This document shows positions 17,243 through 26,962 of a stretch of DNA of 32,000 bases, in pieces. The stretch spans positions 750,001-782,000 of the forward strand of contig JAXLZO010000001.1 in assembly GCA_046350815.1 (NCBI GenBank), given 5' to 3'. Position numbers and translations under genes: made by a program. Positions within the stretch are counted from its first letter, which is position 1; every line of letters starts with the position of its first letter. Under the pieces are notes generated by a model. It saw nothing but the letters and a program-made list of their open reading frames with translations. It was not told the origin of the DNA and searched no databases. The stretch is from Candidatus Saccharimonadota bacterium (GTDB taxonomy: Bacteria; Patescibacteriota; Gracilibacteria; BD1-5; UBA2023).

Positions 17243-19423
17243 TTATTGAGATGATTTGTTTGTATAGTGGGACCGTAGCTCATTGTCAAAAAGTACATCA
17301 CCAGTATATCAGATTTCTTCATCGCATCGTGGGCAATAGTCATGTTCTCATATAAGATATCCATGTTTTGGGCAGACTGAGAATGTGGGAGTGATGGTTA
17401 TATACGGGAGTTGATACTGGGTAATAACTTTTTTGACGAGCATTTTGCATGCCTGAGCATCAGATATACGTTCACCCATATAGAGATGTAATACAGTACC
17501 GCCTGTATATTTGCACTGCAATTCATTTTGATATTCCAATGCCTCGAAGGCATCATTTGTAAATTCAACTGGAAGTTGTGTGGAATTGGTATAGTAAGGA
17601 TTCTCTCTCGTTCCAGATTGAATAATATCAGGAAGTTGTTTCTGGTCCTCTTTGGCAAATCGATAGGTAGTTCCTTCAGCTGGAGTTGCTTCAAGATTAT
17701 ACATATTCCCTGTTTCTTCTTGGTATTCTTTGAGGATTCATCGCATTTCATCGAGGATTTCAAGAGCGAATCCCTTTCACCAATTGGTGGATATATCCTC
17801 TTTCCCACTTGTGAAATTCAAGATTGCTTCATTCATTCCATTAATACCAATCGTGGAAAAGTGATTGCGAAATGATTTGAGGTATCGATATGTATATGGA
17901 TAGAGTCATGATTTGAGCCACTCCGTGAGTACCTTTCGTTTGATCTCAAGAGAAATCTTTGCAAAATTCATCAGATGTCGAATTTGTTTTTTAAATTCCT
18001 CAGCATTTCCTTTATGGTTGTACCCGATTCTTGCCAGATTGAGAGTAACAACTCCGATTGATCCTGTCATTTCTGCAGATCAGAAAAGTCCATTTCCACG
18101 CTTGAGAAGTTCTCTGAGGTCAAGCTGGAGACGACAACACATCGATCGCACCGCTCATGGTTGATATGCTTCTTGATTTCGTATTCTGGTGATGCTACCG
18201 TCCGATGCTCGTAGCGTCTTGTATTGTGATCCAATGAAATTTTGAAAATAGGGGAGTCCATATTTTGCAGTCATTTCGAAGATCCTATCGACTTCTGGAT
18301 TATCCCAATCAAAATCTTCAGTAATATTGTAGGTTGGTATCGGAAAAGTGAAGGCTCTTCATTTGTAATCCCCTGCGAGATAGACTTCAATAAGAGCTCG
18401 GTTGATAATCATTCGCTCCCAATCGAGTTCTCCATAAGTTCGACAATACTCTCATCGTTCGTACCCACCTAGATGAAGTGCTTTATTTTTAAGGTCTTCA
18501 GGACATGTCCAGTCAAGTGTGATATTGGTGAATGGAGTTTGAGTTCCCCATCGAGATGGGACATTGAGTCCGAAGATAAAATTTTGCATTTGCTGAAGAA
18601 CATATGCATACGTTTTTTCATCGAGGAATTTTTTTTCATCCTCGCTATTTTTAAAATGAAGATGATATGTTCCATTATCGTTGGCAAGTTCTGTTCGATA
18701 TTTATGGACAAAAGGAGCAAGATATGTATCAAATGATGAAAAAGCTTGTGCTCCAGCCCATTCGTTCTGGAGGGTTCCGAGAAAATTGATCATCTGATTG
18801 ATAGCTGCTTGAAGGTTTTTGGGTGGCGCTGACTCTATTCTATTCGGCATACCATTGAATCCTTCCTCTAGGAGTTGTCTCAAGCTCCATCCAGCACAAT
18901 AACCAGAAAACATATCAAGATCATGAATATGATAATCCGCATTTCGGTGAGCATTTCATACCTCCTCAGGATAGATATGTGATAGCCAATAATTTGCAGT
19001 GATTTTTCCAGAAGTATTGAGTATGAGGCCACCAAGTGAATATCCAGAGTTTGCGTTTGCATTTACTCGCCAGTCGGATTTTTCAAGGTATTCCTCCATT
19101 GTTTTTCCAACTTCTACAACCACGTTTTTGGAGGATCGAGCTTCCGACCGATTTTTACGATAAATGATGAATGCTTTAGCAAGAGTATCATGTCCATTTT
19201 TGATGAGTATTTCTTCTATCGTATCTTGAATCACTTCAATATCGGGAATTTGCATATTGCACGATTGCTCCATATGCTTGATGACTTGATCGGTCAAAGA
19301 AGTGACATGAGAAAAATCATCCCCTCCAACTGATTGGATCGTTTGCATAATTGCATGTTCGATTTTGGTTCGATCAAATGTCTCGATCGAACCATTCCTT
19401 TTACGCACTTTATAGATAGCCAT
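17243..19423 (-). CDS. nrdD: anaerobic (class III) ribonucleoside-triphosphate reductase, large body with ATP-cone, 726 aa up to the in-frame TAA
   Basis: Track ORFs 18956..19423, 18452..18913 and 17348..17704 share one frame. All triplets 17705-18451 were translated and contain only TGA. Motifs FTFPIPTYNITEDFDWD, RSMCCRLQLDLRELLKRGNGLF[TGA]SAEMTGSIGVVTLN and TPTFSVCPKHGYLIGEHDYCPRC. The frame meets TAA at 17243-17245. Confidence 0.85.
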
Positions 19424-19663
19424 ATTGTCTCAAAAGATCACAAAATAAAAACAGACATAAGTATGAATTTTTCATTCAGCTTCGCCTGTTTTTACTGTTT
19501 ATTGCATTAATAAAAACAGAGTTGAAATCGAATGAAAAATTCGAAAACATTTGTATACCCTGTTTTTAAGAATTGCTATCTTCTTAAAAAACGATTGATG
19601 ATGTATATGACATGTGCTGGCTTGAATTACACGCAATTCAAAGCATGATTTCCACTCGTCATA

Positions 19664-19714
19664 TGTTATGTGAGATAACAATATTAAAATATATATGATT
19701 TGAGAAGATTGCAA
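19664..19714 (-). promoter_or_regulatory. putative nrdD promoter with overlapping palindromic operator
   Basis: On the minus strand TTGCAA (19709-19714), 17 nt, then TATTTT (19686-19691). It is followed at once by the inverted repeat TGTTAT-N5-ATAACA (19664-19680). Confidence 0.3.
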
Positions 19715-19794
19715 ATTTTTGCCCCTCGACATTCCTTATTTTTTCATCAATTATTGATCGATATATTGTAAGGTAGTAGATGGGGGATGAATTT

Positions 19795-20664
19795 TTACAA
19801 ACTTCACTGTTCGTTATTTAATTTCCGAGCAAGATTTTGGAGATCATGGTAGCTCATTCATCCAGAATAGTACGTTTTGATTTCATTTTGTAAGCTAGGA
19901 TCAATACGGTTAGAGCTCTTCTTAAGCCTCTGAAAAATCAAAAATATCTCGTATAATATTGCTCCATAAGATGGATTGGTATTTGTGTCTTGTGTAGAAT
20001 AGATATTCTCTTTTTGCCAGTCGTCAAACATGAGTCAATATCGAAAAAGAATTTCATCTAGTTTGTCATTTTCTTGAATGGTTTTGAGCATAAACTCATT
20101 TGCCTGAAGGTGTATGAGTTGTTGATCTGGTGGAAGATCTTTCCACCAATCTTGTGATATGGTGCTTATGTATCATTCGGGATTATACTGCTGAATAGCG
20201 ATAAAGACTTGATAATGTTCATACACTTTTTTGAGTGTGATGCGAGTACTATCAAATGGGGAAGCAGAAAGGTATATCTGAAAGTCTGGCAGTGCTTCAA
20301 AATATTCAAAAAAATCTGGAGATATGCAAAACAGGGATTCTATTTTTTGTATTTCTTTTATTCTTGTGAGAAGGATTCATTCATTGATACCACGAGAGGC
20401 ATTGTATTGGTACCATGGCATACTCATGAGACGTGTACGCAGGGTTGTATCCGATCGAATGATAGCATTAATTTCGGATGAGTCATATCACTGATGAAGT
20501 GAAGAGGAGATTTTCTCTCGAATATCTTTTCGGATCGGATGCGGATTAGTTTGTGTTTTTGAATATTCTGATCTCTCTCTATCTGCTTCGTACGTCTTTG
20601 ACCCTGTATAGAGGAGTGTTGCAGATAGACCAAGATTCAATACTATCACTCCTTTCTTAAGCAT
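19795..20664 (-). CDS. hypothetical membrane-anchored/secreted protein, 289 aa
   Basis: The frame from ATG 20664 to TAA 19795-19797 was checked across all 290 triplets, with only TGA interruptions. Hydrophobic N-terminus MLKKGVIVLNLGLSATLLY. Track ORF 20424..20633(-) is in a different frame and was rejected. Confidence 0.6.
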
Positions 20665-20788
20665 ATATCAATATAATGAACTGATATTGATATATCATAT
20701 TCAAGAGAAAAATCAACTTTCTATTTGAAAAAATATTTTTTTATAGATAATAAATGTATACGAATCCAAGAAAGAAGGGGGTTGGAGT

Positions 20789-21151
20789 ATGGTTATTCGA
20801 CAGATGCTTAAATCGGCAGCCAGCAAGCTGCTCAGGACGGACAATGATAGTGAAGAGAGCGAAGACATCGTCACTCATTGTGCGTGGTGTGGTAAGGAGA
20901 TTCATGAGGGTGATCGCATTACCCTCTTCACGGATCAGGCCATGTCACCGCGATTGCCCATGGCCAATACAGTTTTGTGGCGACGAATAACACCATATAG
21001 TGCTATCTACGTGGGGTGTACTCGTCCATCGTGCTGTGAAAGCAGCACGGATGCATGTGCTACATGGACACATCAGCAAGTCATGGTTGATGTATATCGA
21101 GGAGAATCTTCATGCCACACCATGACGTCTGCAAGTGCTCGCAAGGAATAG
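20789..21151 (+). CDS. Cys-rich hypothetical protein, 120 aa (GC-richer, SD-led)
   Basis: GAAGGGGG lies 8 nt upstream of ATG 20789. No in-frame TGA; stop TAG 21149-21151. A hand-counted 100-nt sample is 49% G+C. A CxxC (HCAWCGKE) is followed by further Cys residues. A terminator follows. Confidence 0.55.
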   Translation: MVIRQMLKSAASKLLRTDNDSEESEDIVTHCAWCGKEIHEGDRITLFTDQAMSPRLPMANTVLWRRITPYSAIYVGCTRPSCCESSTDACATWTHQQVMVDVYRGESSCHTMTSASARKE

Positions 21152-21173
21152 ACTATCTTGTGCGAGCAAAATC

Positions 21174-21197
21174 AAACCCCTCCTTGGAGGGGTTTTT
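21174..21197 (+). terminator. rho-independent terminator
   Basis: AAACCCCTCC TT GGAGGGGTTT followed by TTCTT. Confidence 0.7.
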
Positions 21198-21290
21198 CTT
21201 AGAAATACTTCGATATTTCTTATCTCATCTATATATTCTTTTTGCCCAACTGAAAAAATTTCTATAATACGTCCATCTTTTTCTTTTTTC

Positions 21291-23519
21291 ATGATTGCAC
21301 ATATTACTGACCGACAAAGTCCGACTCTACAGGAGATCAAACATTCTTTTTCTATTGATCGAAGGGAATGGACATTTTCCAGTGGTCGATTGGCTCGACT
21401 CTCCCCAGGATCGGCAACAATTTCTGATAACCAAGGGAATGTGCTGCTTACAACTGCTGGTATTGGGAATGCTCGTGAAGGTATAGATTTTTTCCCGCTT
21501 TCAGTGGATTTTGTAGAGAAATATTATGCTTCAGGAAAAATTGGTGGCAATCGATTTCAGCGCAGAGAGGGGAGGCCGAGTGAACAGGCTATTCTTACTT
21601 CTCGTCTGATAGATCGTCCGATTCGCCCACTTTTTCCAGATGGTACAACGAGCGAGGTGCAGATTATCTCGACGATTCTCTCAGCAGCGAGTGCTGGTGA
21701 TTTTGGATTCGCAGGTATCACAGGGGCATCGCTCGCCATTCTCCTCTCCAAGACTCAGGGATTTGAATGACCGGTTGCTGGAGTGCGACTTGCTCTCAAG
21801 AGCGAAGATGGATCATTCCTCTTTGACCCATCATTTGAAGAGCTCGCACAATCACCGCTGGATCTGACTCTCGCGGGAACACTTGACGCTATCATGATGG
21901 TGGAATCAGAAGCAAAAGAAGTATCGAGTGAGATGATGATGCGAGCATTCGAATATGGACATGAGCTTATCAAGCAAATATGCCGTGAGCAGATTGCTTT
22001 CGTAGAACTCTACAATAAGCAGTATGAAGTCCATGAAATAACTCTCGACCGTCATGCTCTTTGTGATGATCTTCTAAGGGAAGCATCAGAATTTCTCTCA
22101 CAAGAGTGAAGAATGGATCGTCTCTATGATATAGGGAAGAAGGATTTTGAAAGTGTCTATGATGATCTTGTTGATGATTTTATACGCGAATACCGAGAGC
22201 AGCACCTTTCTACAGGGACTGATGATCTGCAGAAAGATACGGAAGAGACGCCAGGTGACAAAGATCTCAAAAAAGCTATCCATCATGCTATCAAGTGACT
22301 CATGAGATCGAGAGTTGTTACTCAGAAGAGAAGACTGGATGGCCGACGTCCAGATGAAGTTCGTCCTATTCTCACAGAAACTGGGTACCTACCACGAACT
22401 CATGGTTCAGCAATTTTTGAACGCGGTCTTACACAGATTCTCTCGGTTGCAACGCTTGGTGGGCCGAGCGATGCTATGACCATCGATGATATGTTCGAAG
22501 AAGAAGAGAAACGATATATTCATCACTACAACTTTCCTCCGTATGCAACAGGTGAGACCAAGCCACTTCGTGGTACTGGGCGACGAGAGGTAGGACATGG
22601 CCGTCTCGCAGAGAAGGCTCTGCTCGCCGTACTTCCGAGCGAAGAAGAATTTCCATACATTATTCGTGTCGTCTCTGAGACACTTACCTGTAATGGTTCT
22701 TCAAGTATGGGATCCGTTTGTGGGTCTTCTCTTGCTCTCATGGATGCTGGGGTGCCGATCAAGGCAAGTGTTGCAGGTATTGCTATGGGAATGATCTATG
22801 ATGAGACCACTCTTCAATATACGATTCTCTCAGATATCCAGGCTCAAGAGGATTTCCTCGGAGATATGGATTTCAAGGTTGCGGCAACCAAAAATGGTAT
22901 CACAGCACTTCAGATGGATTGTAAAATTGCTGGTCTCACAACAGCAATGGTACGTGAAGTTTTTCATCAGGCAGAGGAGAGTCTGAAGGTGATCCATGCT
23001 GGCATGGATGCTTCGATTACTATGCCTCGTTCAACACTTTCTTCTCATGCTCCTCTCCTCAAGTGCCTCCAAGTTCCAGAGGATAAAATGCGCGATGTGA
23101 TTGGGCGCGGGGGAGAGATGATTCAGGGTATTGAGAAGAATTTTGAAGTGGAGGTGAATCTTGAAGATAATGGATTCTGTACCATTACATCGCGTTCACA
23201 AGAAAATGGTCAAAAGGCGTATGAATTTATTCTCTCTCTTATTAAGGAAGTTGAGATCGGCGATATTTTTCATGCACCGATTATCAAGATTCTTGATACA
23301 GTAGGTGCGATCGTCGAACTTACTAAATGAAAAGAAGGAATGGTGCATATATCGAAATTCGGTATCAAGGAACGAGTTGCAAATGTGAACGATATTGCAA
23401 AAGTTGGTGATATTCTTGAAGTTCGAGTCTATGGTATCGACAAGGAGAAAGGAAGAATCCAACTCGAGAAGGTCATCAAAGAAGAAGAAAAGAAAGCAGA
23501 AGTAAATATTATTCTCTAA
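21291..23519 (+). CDS. pnp: polyribonucleotide nucleotidyltransferase (PNPase), 742 aa
   Basis: Track ORFs 21135..21770, 21783..22109, 22113..22298 and 22302..23330 plus the S1 tail are one frame broken only by 4 TGA. Examples: GFE[TGA]PVAGVRLAL; RLDGRRPDEVRPI; FPPYATGE..RREVGHGRLAEKAL; GSSSMGSVCGSSLALMDAGVP; DFLGDMDFKVA. KH and S1 domains lie at the C-terminus. Stop is TAA 23517-23519. Confidence 0.93.
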
Positions 23520-23526
23520 CAAATAG

Positions 23527-23550
23527 AATCCATATCCTCGGATGTGGATT
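23527..23550 (+). terminator. weak intrinsic terminator after pnp
   Basis: AATCCATAT / ATGTGGATT forms a 9-bp stem with one G-U pair and a 6-nt loop, followed by a T-rich tract. Confidence 0.45.
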
Positions 23551-23567
23551 TATTTCATATTTCTTGT

Positions 23568-24260
23568 ATGAATATTCGATTTATCATGAGTTATATCTTG
23601 AGTTTTTCTCGAGCAAATATATGGATTTATATTATTTTTCTCGTATGACTCGCTGTTATCGGATTTTCCAATAAAGGCAATCTTTTTGCTATCTCAGTTA
23701 TTTTTTTCTCTCACTGTGCGGCAGATATTGCCATGATGATGATGGGTGATCTGGATGGTAGAGGCAAGCATCGAGATGCAAGAATCGCACAAGGTGTCTC
23801 TTTTTTGATTTTTACAGCTATTGGTATTGCAGCAATTATCACCAAGGGTGAATGGCAGTATATGCTTCCGCAAATTCTCTATGGGATGTCAGCTGTATAT
23901 GCCTATCAAAGAGATAGAAGCAAAATCGAGATCACACCGTTGCGGTGGGGTATCTTTCTTGGTGCAACCATGTTGATTATTGGATGTATGTGGTACTATC
24001 AGACATTTATGAGTATCACTTCCTTTCTCCAAGCAGTCGGATTCTTGATGATGCCGACGGTGCTTCTCTTTGAGAATACAAAAGAGAGAATTTTTGGTCT
24101 CATTATAACACTTGGATGCATTATCCTTGGATCATTCTTCGCATGTATCTGATCTTGGGCACTCGGAGATATTAGTGGATATCAGATAAGTTATTTTCTC
24201 CTTCCATTGACGGTATTTGTATTCTTCTTGAGAAATTTTCGATTACTAACAAACCAATAA
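23568..24260 (+). CDS. polytopic integral membrane protein, 230 aa
   Basis: ATG 23568 to TAA 24258-24260. This extends track ORF 23733..24152 at both ends through TGA codons. It has about 6-7 hydrophobic segments and no domain I can name. Confidence 0.6.
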
Positions 24261-24284
24261 AAAAACTCCATATGGAGTTTTTTT
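24259..24284. terminator. bidirectional intrinsic terminator
   Basis: AAAAAACTCCA TA TGGAGTTTTTT lies between convergent genes and overlaps both stop codons. Confidence 0.65.
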
Positions 24285-25596
24285 ATTGGTTTGTTTTTTT
24301 GCGCAAGATACTATATTTTCCTGGATCATGGTCAATCGGCATCCATATGTCAAAACTTCATCCATGTGCTGCAGTTTTTGTATTGTTTTCTGGATCATAT
24401 ATTTCTCGAACTTCGTATATTTCTGCAGTTTCTGGTCCGATGAGTCTGAGTGCGTCACCGAGATCGAATCGATTCTTCACCTCCACTCTCATTCGTCCAC
24501 TCAGTTCATCATATTCGCGAATAATTCCGACAAAATCTTCTTCTTTGAGCTCTGCATTTTTATCGTAGTGGATAGCATTTGCACCTGGATCGCCAACGAG
24601 AAATCATGGAGTATAACCTCGATTGGATATAGCAAAGAGTTCTCGAGAGAGTGTCTCGCTGTCGTATGGTAGATCCTGTTCTACTTTATCGAGAGCATTT
24701 CTATATGCTCGTCCAACTCATGCGAGATAGTTGATAGTCTTGCTGCGACCTTCCACCTTGAAGCTGATAACTCCAGCATCTTTCATCTCTTGAAGATAAT
24801 CGAGGAGGCATATATCTCGTGAGTTCATAATATAGGTTCCGTATTCATCTTCATCGATTGGAAGGAGTTCCCCAGGGCGTTCCCGCTCTTCGAGGTAGAA
24901 CTCTCCATCGAGTGGTATGTAGTCTTCGGGTCTTCCCGTAGAATCGTAGAGCTCATCTTCGCTCGCATCTTTCTTGAAGACTTTGTATTGCCAGCGACAA
25001 GAGTGGGCACAGGTACCTTGATTAGGATCTCTTCGTGAGAAGTAATTTGATAGTAGACAGCGACCAGAATATGCCATGCATATAGATCCATGTACAAAAC
25101 ACTCTATCTCCATATCTGGACATTGCTCATGTATCTCGCGTATTTCTCGTAGAGAGAGCTCACGAGAGAGGATCACACGCTTAACACCTATCTTCTGCCA
25201 GAATTTTACCTGTGCCCAATTGGTATTATTTGCTTGTACTGAGAGGTGAATCTCAGCCTCAGGATAGGATTCTCGTACGAGGGATATGAGTCCTGGATCA
25301 GACATGATATAGGCATCTGGTTTCATTGCCTGCATCTTTGCAAAGGCCGCCATAAATGGTTTGATCTTGATATTATGGGCATAGATATTTGCAGTGAAAT
25401 AGATTTTCTTGCCCCGATCATGACAGTAGGTGACTGCCTCAGCAAGACTCTCCCAAGTAAATTGATTTTCACGGGCACGTAGTGAGAACATCGGAACCCC
25501 CGCATAGACCGCATCCGCACCATAGGCGATGGCGTATTGCATTTTCTCGAAATTGCCAGCAGGCATGAGAAGTTCGAGTTTGTGTGAAGAGAACAT
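24283..25596 (-). CDS. peptidase U32 family protein (collagenase-like / RlhA-TrhP-type), 437 aa
   Basis: Track ORF 24718..25596 continues through TGA 24718-24720 and 3 further TGA to TAA 24283-24285. Motifs GADAVYAG, RVILSRELSL, ECFVHGSICMAYSGRCLLS, DPNQGTCAHSCRW and ISFKVEGR. Confidence 0.88.
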
Positions 25597-25604
25597 AGAA
25601 CAAA

Positions 25605-25815
25605 ATAAAAAACCGAAATAAATTCATCTTTCGGTCTCTTGGTGGTGCTCTGTATTGTATGGGTTGATGGATAAGGTTTCATACAACACACAAACGATCC
25701 ACTCAAGAGAGAAAGGAAAGTTTCAGAAAGTGTGTGCACTATTACCTCCGAACTAGATTCTATTCTATAGAAGAGTGTGATAAATTCAATAGAAGGTGTT
25801 TTTGGTGCTCCCATG
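25605..25815 (-). promoter_or_regulatory. possible structured leader ending in a terminator hairpin just upstream of the U32 start
   Basis: On the minus strand ACCGAAA..TTTCGGT (25612-25635) plus TTTTTT ends about 10 nt before ATG 25596. Further upstream are the stem 25651-25661:25680-25690 (10 of 11 pairs), complementary CACACA/TGTGTG segments and the palindrome TTCTATAGAA. No known riboswitch motif was recognised. Confidence 0.3.
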
Positions 25816-25875
25816 AATCTTTACTTTTTTGAAGAAAAAATAATATATACATATTGTCAATAAAATTAAATATTT

Positions 25876-26838
25876 ATGAAGAATTTTTTTATACAGGAGA
25901 AAATACAATCATCTTGATGGCAAGCTATTCATATAGCATCCCCCGAATGAGTTGCCACAAAAATTGCCTCGATACGTGAGAATGCACTTGCGGTCATTAC
26001 GGATTTTGACCGTACAATGACGACTCACTTGGTTAATGAGGAAGAGCGACCATCACTCATATCAACTCTACGATCACATAATATTCTCAGTGAAGAGTAT
26101 AGTGCCGCTGCTTATGCAATCTTTAATCATTTTAATCCTATTGAAATAGATACAAGTCGTACTATAGAAGATAGGTCTCATGAGATGGATATTTGGTGGC
26201 ATGCCCATCTTGATCTCTTGACAGGGAAGATGACGTATACTTAACTCAAGCAATTGACCGGAAAATCACTCCCGCATACTGGATCTGATGAAGATTTGAT
26301 ACCAGTTGAGCTCCGAGTGGATCACATCGATCAAGCAATTAATTCGGGTATTATTGAACTACGTCCTCGAATGTGAGAATTCCTCGATCTTCTTGAGCGA
26401 GAATCGACACCACTTATTATTTTCTCCGCAAGTGGACTTGGTGGTGATTCTATTCGATCCTATCTTGAATTTCACCATCAATTCAAACCAAATATTCATG
26501 TGGTATCAAATACCTTTACATGGAATGAAGATGGAGTTGCAAATGGTCGATTGGAATCAGTAATCCATGTTTTTAACAAAGAAATAGGAGCTATTCGATC
26601 ACAACCAGAGGTATATAATTTTATTCGTTCGAAGAGAGATATTATTCTTCTGGGTGATTCCACGGGTGATTCACATATGGCAGATGGTTATGATGCTGAT
26701 ACGGTCCTCAAGATCGGATTTCTTACCAAGAATCCCGAGAAAAATCTACGAGAATATATGCAAAAGTTTGATATTGTTCTCGTGGGGGATGGTGATATGG
26801 GCGTGGTGGTAGATATTTTGAAAAATCTCCAAAAATAA
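25876..26838 (+). pseudogene. pyrimidine 5'-nucleotidase (UMPH-1/HAD family) with a single in-frame TAA
   Basis: Frame 1 from ATG 25876 to TAA 26836-26838, checked triplet by triplet. Motifs AVITDFDRTMT (HAD motif I), IEID...DIWWHAHLDLL, PLIIFSASGLG, IHVFNK, ILLGDSTGDSHMADG and LKIGFL...FDIVLVGD parallel human NT5C3. TAA at 26242-26244 separates motif I from motifs II-IV. Confidence 0.65.
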
Positions 26839-26855
26839 TCTCGCTCTTTTTCCCT

Positions 26856-26892
26856 AAAAACACAAGGTATCTATTTTATATCTTGTGTTTTT
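26856..26892 (+). terminator. intrinsic terminator
   Basis: AAAAACACAAG / CTTGTGTTTTT forms an 11-bp stem with a 15-nt loop and a T-run. Confidence 0.55.
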
Positions 26893-26962
26893 TCTTGTGC
26901 TGAGAATATAGAATCTATTTTGTGGTAAAATATTTGCTTCCAGAGAAAAAATAGGATAGCAT

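Noticed and set aside
17216-17347. Group I intron or intein as the explanation for the extra NrdD linker containing the TAA
   Set aside because: The extra segment is only about 150 nt and in frame. That is too short for a group I or II intron, and it lacks intein block motifs. Translational bypass was considered, but I see no matched take-off and landing codons.
19600-19680. Canonical NrdR boxes upstream of nrdD
   Set aside because: The match to the 16-bp palindromic consensus is limited to about half a site, and the two candidate sites are 56 nt apart rather than about 31-32.
25690-25730. RNase P RNA, suggested by AAGGAAAG resembling the GAGGAAAGUCC core; also 6S RNA or tmRNA
   Set aside because: None of the other universally conserved RNase P elements are present. 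The region is too short, and no tmRNA tag or acceptor-like ends or 6S-type closing helix could be drawn.
25323-25814. Track ORF 25323..25814(-), 163 aa, preceded by GGAGGT
   Set aside because: It runs through the terminator hairpin and overlaps the well-supported U32 gene in another frame, with a low-complexity translation.
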